DNA of 50,298 nucleotides, taken from contig SBBB01000002.1 in NCBI GenBank assembly GCA_005239895.1, positions 1 to 50,298 of the forward strand, written 5' to 3'. Under the pieces are notes generated by a model. It had not been told where the DNA came from. It searched no databases and saw only the letters and a list, made by a program, of their open reading frames with translations. The position numbers were made by a program, and so were the translations under genes. Origin of the DNA: a bacterium (GTDB lineage: Bacteria; Patescibacteriota; Patescibacteriia; SBBB01). This document shows positions 7,989 through 17,225 of this stretch, piece by piece; within the stretch, counting starts at the first letter, position 1; the number at the start of each line of letters is the position of its first letter.

Positions 7989-10664
7989 ATGAATTTTTTT
8001 AGCCAAACCTATTTAGAAGTAATTCAAGAATTGAATTCGTCTAAATCTGGACTCAACTCAAGTGAAGCCCAAAAACGACTGACTGAATACGGATCTAATA
8101 CCTTACCCGAAGGAAAACAAGATAATTTACTCACTATTTTTATCGGGCAATTCAAAAGTCCTTTAATATATATTTTATTCATCGCCAGTTTAATTGTTTT
8201 TATAGTTGAAGAAACTAAAACCGATGGTTTTATTATTTTATTTGTTTTAATATTCAATGCTGTTTTGGGAACTATCCAAGAGGGTAAAGCTCAAAACACA
8301 CTGCTCGCTCTAAAAAATATAATTGAAAGCAATGCAACGGTTTTGCGAAATAATAAAGAAGTAATAATTAAAGATACTGATCTTGTTCCGGGAGATATTT
8401 TAATCCTAAATGAAGGCGAAAGAATTGGAGCTGATGCTAGGGTTATACTTTCTAATAATTTACAAGTTGACGAAAGCTCTTTAACTGGAGAATCTCAACC
8501 TGTGCATAAAATCACAGATGCTTTAAATAATAGTAAAACCCTAACATCAGATCAAATAAATATGATTTTTAAGGGAACGCATATTGTTTCCGGACATGGC
8601 ATGGCAATTGTAACAGCTACTGGACTTAAAACTGTTATTGGAAAAATATCTAAAACCATATCTGAAATTGATAGCAAAATACCATTAAAAGCTAAAATTG
8701 CGCACCTATCGCACATGATTGTAATAGGAGTTATGGTTCTAGTGGTTGTATTATTTTTAGTTGGCATTGCTACTGGTAAATCAGTTGCAACCATGTTTAT
8801 AGTCGTAGTTTCTTTAACAGTATCAACTGTTCCTGAGGGACTACCAATTGTCATGACTTTAATTTTAGCTCAAGGCGTCTGGAGAATGAGCAAGAAAAAT
8901 GTACTCGTAAAAAAACTACAAGCCGTAGAAGCACTTGGTCAAGCTAAAATAATCGCCGTAGATAAAACTGGAACATTAACTAAAAACGAAATGTTAGTGA
9001 AGCGGGTTTATATAAATGACAAAATATATAATATTGGCGGCATTGGCTATGAACCTTCGGGTGAAGTATCAATTAACGATAATGAAATTAACTCCTCTGA
9101 TCATCCTGATATTTTATTCATGGGGAAAATTGCGACTCTCAATGCTAATGCTAAAGTAATGTTCAGTGAAGATAGAATAAAAATAATTGGAGACCCTACT
9201 GAAGCAGCCTTAACAGTCTTTGGTGAAAAAATTGGATTTTATAAAAACAAGTTAGAGCAAGAATCAGTAAAATTAGCAGAAATACCTTTTGATTATGCAA
9301 AAAAATACCACGCTACTATTCATAACATTGATAACCAACAGTTTTCTACTTTTATTGGAGCGCCCGAAGTAATTTTGGAAAAGTGTAATAAAATTTGGGG
9401 TTTAAATAATACCCATTCCGCATTATCGCCAGAAATTAACACCAACCTCCACAACACCTTAACAAAAATGTCTCATGACGGGCTACGTATGTTAGCCTGT
9501 GCTATTGCCAAACACCCATTAACATCTGCACCTGTAACCCTAAACGAGCAGAGCTTAATATTTGTTGGTTTCTTTGGTTTAACTGACAGTTTGCGTCCTG
9601 AAGTATATGAAGCTATGCACAAAGCTAAAGCTGCAGGAATCAAAGTGGTAATGATTACAGGTGATCATAAAATCACAGCCACAGCTATAGCGCGCAATAT
9701 TGGAATTTATCAAGATGGAGACGAAATATTAACTGGACAAGAAATAGACAGCCTCACTGATGTTGAGTTATCTAAAGTTATTACAAATGTGTCGGTTTTT
9801 GCCCGCGTAAGCCCTGAACATAAAATGCATATTATCAAAGCCTATCAACTTAATGGTAATATTGTGGCTATGACTGGCGACGGAGTTAATGACGCGCCGT
9901 CTCTAGTAGCCGCTGATCTAGGAGTTAGTATGGGTAAAATTGGCACTGAAGTTGCTAAGTCAGCCTCAGACTTAGTTTTATTAGATGATAATTTTGGAAG
10001 CATTATTTCAGCAGTTGAAGAAGGGAGAAATATTTATAAAACCATTAAAAAGGTTATTTTATTTTTATTTTCTACTAATCTCGGAGAAGTTATAACAATT
10101 TCTGTGGCTATTTTTCTAAATTTTCCACTCCCCCTTTTAGCAACCCATATTATTTGGTTAAATCTTGTAACCGATAGTTTTTTAGACGTGGGTTTGGCTA
10201 TGGACCCCAAAGACTCAAATTTAGTTAACGGATCTAGCCCTCAAAACCAAAAACATTTAATAGATAAACATATGTTTCAAAGAATGTTAATGATGGCTAT
10301 AACTATGAGTATAGGAACTTTGTTTATTTTTATAATGTTTAAAGATACTGATCTACTCAAGGCTCAAACCATAAGTTTAACAGTTTTAGCTATTTTTCAA
10401 TGGTTTAATGTGTGGAACTGCCGGTCAGATACGCGCTCACTATTAAAAACAAATCCTTTCAGTAACAAATTCTTAATAGGCGCAACCTTTATTGTAATTA
10501 TATTGCATTTATTCGCTATATATCATCCTTTTATGCAAAAAATGTTACATACTGTGCCCCTGACTATTACAGAATGGTTGTTCATAATACCCATGGGATT
10601 AGCTATCATTATAGTGGAAGAAATCCGCAAAAGGGTCTTTGCAAAACCAGCTCTTGACATATAG
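7989..10664 (+). CDS. P-type II cation (probably Ca2+)-transporting ATPase
   Basis: TGES, PEGL, DKTGTLT, MITGD, GDGVNDAP, STNLGE and NLVTD motifs. Confidence 0.96.
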   Translation: MNFFSQTYLEVIQELNSSKSGLNSSEAQKRLTEYGSNTLPEGKQDNLLTIFIGQFKSPLIYILFIASLIVFIVEETKTDGFIILFVLIFNAVLGTIQEGKAQNTLLALKNIIESNATVLRNNKEVIIKDTDLVPGDILILNEGERIGADARVILSNNLQVDESSLTGESQPVHKITDALNNSKTLTSDQINMIFKGTHIVSGHGMAIVTATGLKTVIGKISKTISEIDSKIPLKAKIAHLSHMIVIGVMVLVVVLFLVGIATGKSVATMFIVVVSLTVSTVPEGLPIVMTLILAQGVWRMSKKNVLVKKLQAVEALGQAKIIAVDKTGTLTKNEMLVKRVYINDKIYNIGGIGYEPSGEVSINDNEINSSDHPDILFMGKIATLNANAKVMFSEDRIKIIGDPTEAALTVFGEKIGFYKNKLEQESVKLAEIPFDYAKKYHATIHNIDNQQFSTFIGAPEVILEKCNKIWGLNNTHSALSPEINTNLHNTLTKMSHDGLRMLACAIAKHPLTSAPVTLNEQSLIFVGFFGLTDSLRPEVYEAMHKAKAAGIKVVMITGDHKITATAIARNIGIYQDGDEILTGQEIDSLTDVELSKVITNVSVFARVSPEHKMHIIKAYQLNGNIVAMTGDGVNDAPSLVAADLGVSMGKIGTEVAKSASDLVLLDDNFGSIISAVEEGRNIYKTIKKVILFLFSTNLGEVITISVAIFLNFPLPLLATHIIWLNLVTDSFLDVGLAMDPKDSNLVNGSSPQNQKHLIDKHMFQRMLMMAITMSIGTLFIFIMFKDTDLLKAQTISLTVLAIFQWFNVWNCRSDTRSLLKTNPFSNKFLIGATFIVIILHLFAIYHPFMQKMLHTVPLTITEWLFIIPMGLAIIIVEEIRKRVFAKPALDI

Positions 10665-10737
10665 CTGTTTTAAAGCTATACTTAAGTATTATATATTAAA
10701 CTTTAAACCTATTAATATAGTAAAATACCATATTTCT

Positions 10738-10932
10738 ATGACATCTAAATCTACCCTAAGCAATTATTTAAAAGCTTCCTATAATGAGCTTAAACTGGTT
10801 TCTTGGCCTAGCAAGGATCAAGCTATAGAGCACACTATATTAATTATTGGTATTAGTTTTGTTTTTGCCCTACTTTTTGGTGTGGTGGATTATTTTTTAA
10901 GCCAAGGACTGGATAAATTACTTACTTTATAA
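10738..10932 (+). CDS. secE: Preprotein translocase subunit SecE (start revised)
   Basis: ELKLVSWPS motif followed by one TM helix; directly upstream of nusG. Confidence 0.92.
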   Translation: MTSKSTLSNYLKASYNELKLVSWPSKDQAIEHTILIIGISFVFALLFGVVDYFLSQGLDKLLTL

Positions 10933-10942
10933 TTTAATATCT

Positions 10943-11491
10943 ATGCCTAAGCAAACTGTAAATGAGGGAAGACGCTGGTACGCCATTCACGTGTATTCAG
11001 GATACGAGTATCATATACTGCGCAACTTGAAACAAAAAATCAACTCCATGGGCATGCAAAACAAAATCTTTAATGTGCTGGTGCCAACAGAGAAAAAAAT
11101 TAAAATTTTGAATGGCAAAAGAAAAATTATTGAAGAAAAAATATTTCCGGGTTATATTATAGTTGACATGATAATGGACGATGACTCTTGGTATATCATC
11201 CGCAACACGCCAAATATTACGGGTTTTGTAGGCAGCGAATCCGTTCCTATATCTTTGACTGATAGCGAAATAGCCAATTTACAAAAACGTATGAATATTG
11301 AAAATCCTCAGTACACAGTGAATTTTGAAGTTGGATCATTGATTAAAATAATTGATGGACCGTTTAAGGCTCTTACGGGTAAAGTCAGTGAAGTGGATCA
11401 AAAAAGAGGAAAACTTAAAGTGGTGGTTTCGATGTTTTCCCGAGAAACAACCATTTCCCTAGATGTATTACAAGTTAAAAAAGCAAATTAA
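10943..11491 (+). CDS. nusG: Transcription termination/antitermination factor NusG
   Basis: WYAIHVYSGYE, KIFPGYI, IRNTPNITGFVG, KOW motif IIDGPF. Confidence 0.97.
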   Translation: MPKQTVNEGRRWYAIHVYSGYEYHILRNLKQKINSMGMQNKIFNVLVPTEKKIKILNGKRKIIEEKIFPGYIIVDMIMDDDSWYIIRNTPNITGFVGSESVPISLTDSEIANLQKRMNIENPQYTVNFEVGSLIKIIDGPFKALTGKVSEVDQKRGKLKVVVSMFSRETTISLDVLQVKKAN

Positions 11492-11553
11492 AAAAATATA
11501 TTTAATATTTTAATACTTTGGTATTGCAATACCGAAGTACGGATGAAGAAAAT

Positions 11554-11970
11554 ATGAAAAAAATAAAACGAATTATAAAAATGCAAATACCAGCTGGAAA
11601 AGCAACTCCCGCTCCTCCAGTTGGTTCTACTCTTGGTCAACATGGTTTAAATATTCAAGAATTTTGTGTTAAATTTAATGCTGCTACTAAAAATATGGGA
11701 GATATGATTGTACCTACTAAAATTATAGTATTTGAAGACCGTACTTATGATTTAGTTATTAAAACCGCTCTTACCAGCGAACTATTAAAAAAAGCAGCTG
11801 GTATAGCTAAAGGATCTAAAACAGCCAAAGAAAAAAGCGGTCAAATTACAGAGGCTCAATTACGAGAAATAGCCACTGCAAAACAAAAAGATTTAAATAG
11901 TAATTCTATTGAAGCTGCGATGGAAGTAATTAAAGGAACCGCAAAATCAATGGGAATTGATGTTAAGTAA
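11554..11970 (+). CDS. rplK: 50S ribosomal protein L11 (start revised to MKKIKR)
   Basis: AGKATPAPPVGSTLGQHGLNIQEFC...GTAKSMGI. Confidence 0.97.
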   Translation: MKKIKRIIKMQIPAGKATPAPPVGSTLGQHGLNIQEFCVKFNAATKNMGDMIVPTKIIVFEDRTYDLVIKTALTSELLKKAAGIAKGSKTAKEKSGQITEAQLREIATAKQKDLNSNSIEAAMEVIKGTAKSMGIDVK

Positions 11971-11982
11971 TTATTAATTAAT

Positions 11983-12723
11983 ATGACTCATAAAAAAGAT
12001 ACTAAAACTAAAAAAACTAAACAAATTAAAGTACTCCACAAACAAGCCACCAAAATAAATACAAACATTCATACGAATGCTAAAAAGTTATATAACCCTA
12101 GCGAAGCTTTTGATATTATTAAATCTAAAAAAACCTCTAAATTTGATGAAACCATTGAAGTGCATTGCAAACTAGGTATTGATCCTAGAGATGGAGAACA
12201 ACAGGTGCGCGGTAACGTAACCTTGTCTACTCCGCTTTTAAGATACAAAAAATTAACTATTTTTACCGACGAACCTATTACTATTGCCAATAAAACTGCC
12301 CTGGAAATTACGCAGGGTGGACAAGAATTAATAAACCTTATTAAGCAAACTGGAAAATGCGACTTTGACATAGCTATTGCTAAACCAGCTATGATGCCCA
12401 AACTAGCTGGGATTGCTAAAATTCTAGGTCCCAAGGGCCTTATGCCGGCTATAAAAAATGAAACCGTTACTAATAATCTTGCCGCAGCTGTAAATGAGAT
12501 TCAAAAAGGTAAAATGCAATTTAAAAATGATAATACTGCCAATGTTCATGTTCCGATTGGTAAAAAAAGTTTTACCGCTGATCAACTTTCAGAAAATCTA
12601 CAAATTTTAATTCAGGCTTTAAAAAAATCTAAGCCCAACAGCTCTAAGGGTTCTTATATAAAATCTCTTACTGTTTGCTCAACTATGGGACCAGGTATAA
12701 AAATAAATACCTCTACCCTATAA
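11983..12723 (+). CDS. rplA: 50S ribosomal protein L1
   Basis: KFDETIEV...LGIDPR..EQQVRG, ILGPKGLMP, STMGPGIK. Confidence 0.97.
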   Translation: MTHKKDTKTKKTKQIKVLHKQATKINTNIHTNAKKLYNPSEAFDIIKSKKTSKFDETIEVHCKLGIDPRDGEQQVRGNVTLSTPLLRYKKLTIFTDEPITIANKTALEITQGGQELINLIKQTGKCDFDIAIAKPAMMPKLAGIAKILGPKGLMPAIKNETVTNNLAAAVNEIQKGKMQFKNDNTANVHVPIGKKSFTADQLSENLQILIQALKKSKPNSSKGSYIKSLTVCSTMGPGIKINTSTL

Positions 12724-13509
12724 TTCAAAATTGATATTAACATAACCAATACCAAAAACAGATTCATAAGACACCAGCTTAGGCGTATAATTCATATCTT
12801 CTAAAATACCAAATCCAATCAACAGTGAATAAAAAACGCACTCGTGCGCCTTATCAATTAGGGTGTTTTTAATATTTAAAATATCTTCGACTCTTTTTTC
12901 TAAAATTAAATTTATTAAACGTTCATTGTATTTTTTACCTATAACGGAATACCCACTGGGAGAAATTTTGCTCATGCGATGCGACAAATCACCCGAAATC
13001 AACACCCCAATTCTTTTGTTGTTATTTAAAATTTCGGATTGAATCGTTTTTCCAAAATCATAATTAGTTTGATAATCTGTAAATGTTGGAACTACAGGAA
13101 CAATATAGGGTAATTTAGATTGTTGAGACAATAATATGAGTGGCACCGAAACACCATAATCAACCTCAGTGGAATGAGTTAAATTCAATTTTTCTTGACG
13201 ATTATGTAATAATTCGTCACAAAATCTAGATATTAATTCTAAATCTGAAGAAAATACTATGGGCTGACTTAAATCCCCAAACTCCCTAAGATTACTCTGA
13301 TAGGTTTCAGATAAATTAATAGAAACCTTATTAACTACCGAAGCTCCGTGGCTAGATATTATAATTAAACTGTCAAGCCTTAAATTGTGTATTTGATATA
13401 TCAAGCTATCTATACCCTGAAGTGTTTTTTGTAAAGATTTACTATAATCTTTCCCAATATTAGGAAGTAATAATGGAGAATGTGACATGACAGCCATAAA
13501 TATCAACAT
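12718..13509 (-). CDS. Memo/LigB-fold protein (AmmeMemoRadiSam protein B-like)
   Basis: SHSPLLLPNIG, IIISSHG, DYGVSVPL, ISGDLSHR, YESVFGIGY. Confidence 0.82.
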   Translation of the reverse strand: MLIFMAVMSHSPLLLPNIGKDYSKSLQKTLQGIDSLIYQIHNLRLDSLIIISSHGASVVNKVSINLSETYQSNLREFGDLSQPIVFSSDLELISRFCDELLHNRQEKLNLTHSTEVDYGVSVPLILLSQQSKLPYIVPVVPTFTDYQTNYDFGKTIQSEILNNNKRIGVLISGDLSHRMSKISPSGYSVIGKKYNERLINLILEKRVEDILNIKNTLIDKAHECVFYSLLIGFGILEDMNYTPKLVSYESVFGIGYVNINFEL

Positions 13510-13517
13510 ATATAATG

Positions 13518-16166
13518 TTATGTACTAACAGGCTGATCCATAGGTTTAAATATCAATTTACCATTTTCAATGTCGGCTAAAATATAGGCATCTTCGTTTA
13601 ATTTTTTTTCAATAACACCTTTAGCTAGTTCATTCAAAATTAAAGATTGCATTAAACGCTTGATGGGCCTAGCGCCAAATTCATGATCATAACCTCTTTT
13701 AGCAATAAATTTATATACTTTTGGATCTATAGTTAAATATATAGACTTTTGGGCTAAACGCGCCACTACTTTTGCTAATTGCAAATCAACGATAGCGCTA
13801 ATATCAGATTCAGTTAAACCTTGAAAGATTATAATTTCGTCTATACGATTCAAAAATTCTAATTTAAAATTATCTCGCAAAATAGACATAATTTTATCCC
13901 GCATAACTTCTATGTGTTTAGTATCATCTTGTTTCTCTTCTCTAAAACCTAAAGAATATTCGGTAATAACCTGATTACCAAGATTAGAAGTCATGATAAT
14001 AATTGTATTTTTAAAATTCACAATTCTCCCGTGAGAATCTGTTAAACGACCATTATCCAAAATTTGTAATAATAAATTCCACGCTTCAGGATGAGCTTTT
14101 TCAATTTCATCAAATAAAATCACACTGTAAGGCCTACGTCTCACGCTATCAGTTAATTGTCCACCCTCTTCATACCCCACATAACCCGGGGGAGATCCAA
14201 TCAATCGCGCCACACTATGCCTTTCCATGTATTCAGACATATCAATTCTTAATAGAGATTTTTCATCCACAAACATAAACTCAGCCAAGGCTTTAGCCAG
14301 TTCGGTTTTTCCTACACCTGTGGGCCCCACAAACATAAAAGATCCAATTGGACGATCTTCTTCAGACAAACCCGCTCTACTCCTTCTTAAAGCATTAGCA
14401 ACCGCTGTAATTGCCTCGGACTGACCTATAACGCGCTTGGACAAAACATCCTCAATTTTAGACAGCTTAACACTTTCTTCTTCTAAAATTTTATTAACCG
14501 GTACACCTGTCCACCGAGATACAACCAAAGCAATATCATCTTCCGTAACTTCTTCTTTTAAAAGTCTGCGACCGCCTTCTTTTTGTATATCATTAAGCTG
14601 TTGTTGATACGAATGTATTTCTTTTTCCAAACCGGGAATAGTTCCGTACCTAATTTCTGCAACTTGTTGAAATTCCACTCGACGCTCACGCTGCTCAGCC
14701 TCCTCTTTTAATTTATCTATCATGGCTTTGAGACTACGAATTTTAGTAATTAATTCTTTTTCATTTTTCCAGGAAATTTCCAGCTGGTCACCCTGTTCTT
14801 TTAAAGCCGCTAATTCACGAGACAAAATCTCTAGTCTATTTTTAGATACTTTATCTTCTTCTTTAACCAGAGCTTGTTTTTCGACTTCTAGTTGAATTAA
14901 TTTTCGCTTAATTTTATCTAAATCTTCCGGCATAGAATCAATTTCCATACGCAAAGATGAGGCTGCTTCATCAATTAAATCAATAGCTTTATCGGGTAAA
15001 AATCGGTCTGTTATATATCTATAAGATAATTTTGTGGCTGTAATCAAAGACGTATCTGTAATGCGAACACCATGGTGAATCTCGTAGCGCTCTTTTAATC
15101 CTCGTAAAATAGCAATAGTATCGTCAACCCCTGGTTCTCCAATATAAATAGTTTGAAAACGTCTAGCTAACGCAGCATCTTTTTCTATATATTTTTGATA
15201 CTCTTTAAGAGTAGTGGCGCCAATAGCGTGCAGTTCTCCGCGCGCTAAAGATGGTTTTAACATATTGGAAGCATCTATAGAGCCCTCCGCAGCCCCTGCT
15301 CCCACCAAAGTATGCAGCTCGTCAATAAATAAAACAACCTGCCCAGAAGACTGATTAACTTCTTTAATGACAGCTTTTAAACGATCCTCAAATTCACCCC
15401 TGAACTTAGCCCCGGCTAATAAAGCTCCTAAATCTAAAGATATCAATTCTTTGTCTTTTAAAGACTCAGGTACGTCATTATCAACAATCCTTTGAGCCAA
15501 ACCTTCAACAATCGCGGTCTTGCCCGTACCAGCCTCGCCTATTAATACTGGATTATTTTTAGTACGCCTAGACAACACCTGAATCACTCTTCTAATTTCA
15601 TCATCCCTACCAATAACCGGATCTAACTTTTTTTGACGAGCTAAACTAGTTAAATTACGCGCATACTTTTCTATGGCTTGAAATTTGGTTTCCGGTTCAG
15701 AATCACTTACTCTTTGCGTACCACGCAAACCAACCAACACTTGTAAAACCTTATTATAATCAACCCCCAGATTTAACAATATATCTTTAACCGTTCCCGG
15801 ACTTTCAATAAGAGCTAAAAATATATGCTCCGTAGACACATATTCATCTTTTAATTTTAAACCTTCTTTTTCAGCATTTTTAATCACCACGGCCAACTCT
15901 TGACCAATATAAAGTTGAGCAATATTAGTTCCGTGATCAAAGACTGGTATTTTTTTTAATTCCATCTCAGTTTGCTCACGTAAAACCTGAATATTGATTT
16001 CTAATTTTTTAAGAATTGGAATCACAATAGATTCCTCTTGATTTAATAAAGCTGCTATCAAATGCAAGGGCTCAACCTGACTATGACGCATTTCTAGGGC
16101 CAGATGATAAGCCTTTTGAATAGCTTCTTGAGATTTAAAAGTAAAATTACTAAATTGTTGATTCAT
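13518..16166 (-). CDS. clpB: ATP-dependent chaperone ClpB
   Basis: Two AAA+ modules ([16 protein letters not shown]), [11 protein letters not shown], coiled-coil middle domain. Confidence 0.97.
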   Translation of the reverse strand: MNQQFSNFTFKSQEAIQKAYHLALEMRHSQVEPLHLIAALLNQEESIVIPILKKLEINIQVLREQTEMELKKIPVFDHGTNIAQLYIGQELAVVIKNAEKEGLKLKDEYVSTEHIFLALIESPGTVKDILLNLGVDYNKVLQVLVGLRGTQRVSDSEPETKFQAIEKYARNLTSLARQKKLDPVIGRDDEIRRVIQVLSRRTKNNPVLIGEAGTGKTAIVEGLAQRIVDNDVPESLKDKELISLDLGALLAGAKFRGEFEDRLKAVIKEVNQSSGQVVLFIDELHTLVGAGAAEGSIDASNMLKPSLARGELHAIGATTLKEYQKYIEKDAALARRFQTIYIGEPGVDDTIAILRGLKERYEIHHGVRITDTSLITATKLSYRYITDRFLPDKAIDLIDEAASSLRMEIDSMPEDLDKIKRKLIQLEVEKQALVKEEDKVSKNRLEILSRELAALKEQGDQLEISWKNEKELITKIRSLKAMIDKLKEEAEQRERRVEFQQVAEIRYGTIPGLEKEIHSYQQQLNDIQKEGGRRLLKEEVTEDDIALVVSRWTGVPVNKILEEESVKLSKIEDVLSKRVIGQSEAITAVANALRRSRAGLSEEDRPIGSFMFVGPTGVGKTELAKALAEFMFVDEKSLLRIDMSEYMERHSVARLIGSPPGYVGYEEGGQLTDSVRRRPYSVILFDEIEKAHPEAWNLLLQILDNGRLTDSHGRIVNFKNTIIIMTSNLGNQVITEYSLGFREEKQDDTKHIEVMRDKIMSILRDNFKLEFLNRIDEIIIFQGLTESDISAIVDLQLAKVVARLAQKSIYLTIDPKVYKFIAKRGYDHEFGARPIKRLMQSLILNELAKGVIEKKLNEDAYILADIENGKLIFKPMDQPVST

Positions 16167-16452
16167 ATTTTTTAAATGACTTACGCTGTTTAATAATCCA
16201 CATTAATACAACCGCAACACATTTAGCAACTCGGGCAGAGGTAAAAGATTTTATATCGGGACTAACCTTAATCTGGGTTAGATTATAAACATTAAAATTA
16301 TTTTTTGTTAAAAACTCATCTATTTTTCTTAGTAACAATTCCGATCGTTTATTGGTATTAATAAACCAATCTTGTTGATTGATTATCTTATTACCATTTT
16401 TCAATTCTAAATTAATGTAATTTAATTCACAAGCTTTAATCAATAAGGTCAT
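16150..16452 (-). CDS. Short TsaB-like (N-terminal ASKHA lobe only) protein
   Basis: [12 protein letters not shown]...LTQIKV...SFTSARVA resembles the TsaB GPGSFTGLR region; C-terminal half absent. Confidence 0.6.
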   Translation of the reverse strand: MTLLIKACELNYINLELKNGNKIINQQDWFINTNKRSELLLRKIDEFLTKNNFNVYNLTQIKVSPDIKSFTSARVAKCVAVVLMWIIKQRKSFKKYESTI

Positions 16453-17011
16453 AAGATTTATTAATTAAGACTAATTTTGGCCGGATTAAAATATCGTGTA
16501 AAAATTTATCTGCAATAGAATATCTATACTCAAAATCCATATGACTAAATACAGTATATTCTATATTTCTATTAAACTCTTTTTCTAGCCTAGTGATAAA
16601 TTTTAAAATTTTCTTCTTGTCTAGCTTGCCTACAATTAAAAGGTCAACCGAATCACCTGCTAAATTTAAAAACTTATCAGTTAAGATTAATAAACTAATC
16701 GACTTTAAAATACCTATTTTTTTTAACAAATCTTCAATTAAAGAGGCTTGCATTTTTAACACTAAATCATGTACCTCCGAGTATAATAAAAAATTTTTAT
16801 TCAAACTATAATAATACTTTCCTCGTTTTTTGTCAAGGCTAGAGATTAAAAGACCAAAGTCTTGTAAATGTTGCAATTCGGACTTAACCGCTGCATTGGT
16901 CAATTTACTCAACTTAACAATATCTGATGCTAAAAAAGACCGATTATTACCATTAAAAAATACAACCAAAACTGCAAACCTATATTTAGAGCCAAAAAAA
17001 CCATCAAACAT
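16436..17011 (-). CDS. Winged-helix DNA-binding protein fused to a degenerate minimal-nucleotidyltransferase-like domain
   Basis: FGSKYR...ELQHLQDFGLL...KYYYSLNKNF (wHTH) then VDLLIVG...LEKEFNRNIEYTVFS (MNT-like). Confidence 0.7.
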   Translation of the reverse strand: MFDGFFGSKYRFAVLVVFFNGNNRSFLASDIVKLSKLTNAAVKSELQHLQDFGLLISSLDKKRGKYYYSLNKNFLLYSEVHDLVLKMQASLIEDLLKKIGILKSISLLILTDKFLNLAGDSVDLLIVGKLDKKKILKFITRLEKEFNRNIEYTVFSHMDFEYRYSIADKFLHDILIRPKLVLINKSYDLID

Positions 17012-17047
17012 ATATTTTTAAGATACTTATAAATTACACACTTAATA

Positions 17048-17188
17048 TCATTTTAGCGATTGTAGTCTGGAATTAACCCAGCCGTAGATTTTATACTTGA
17101 TATTGATAGTTAAACAAATAAAGAGTCGTTATCCTATCTAGGGTGTCTAAACTTACTTCTTGTAATCTACAGCTGGGCAAGCTAATGA
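17048..17188 (-). ncRNA. Candidate structured leader RNA of the wHTH-tsaB-clpB-Memo operon
   Basis: 14-bp stem CCCAGCTGTAGATT/AATCTACGGCTGGG (one G-U on the minus strand), outer TCATTAGC/GCTAAAATGA and inner GATAG/CTATC pairings. Confidence 0.4.
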
Positions 17189-17213
17189 CATTATTATAAT
17201 AATTGTTTATAAT
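17185..17213 (+). promoter_or_regulatory. sigma70-type promoter ATGACA-N17-TATAAT
   Basis: 5/6 -35, perfect -10, 17-nt spacer, 12 nt upstream of the ATG at 17226. Confidence 0.5.
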
Positions 17214-17225
17214 AATTATAGTATA

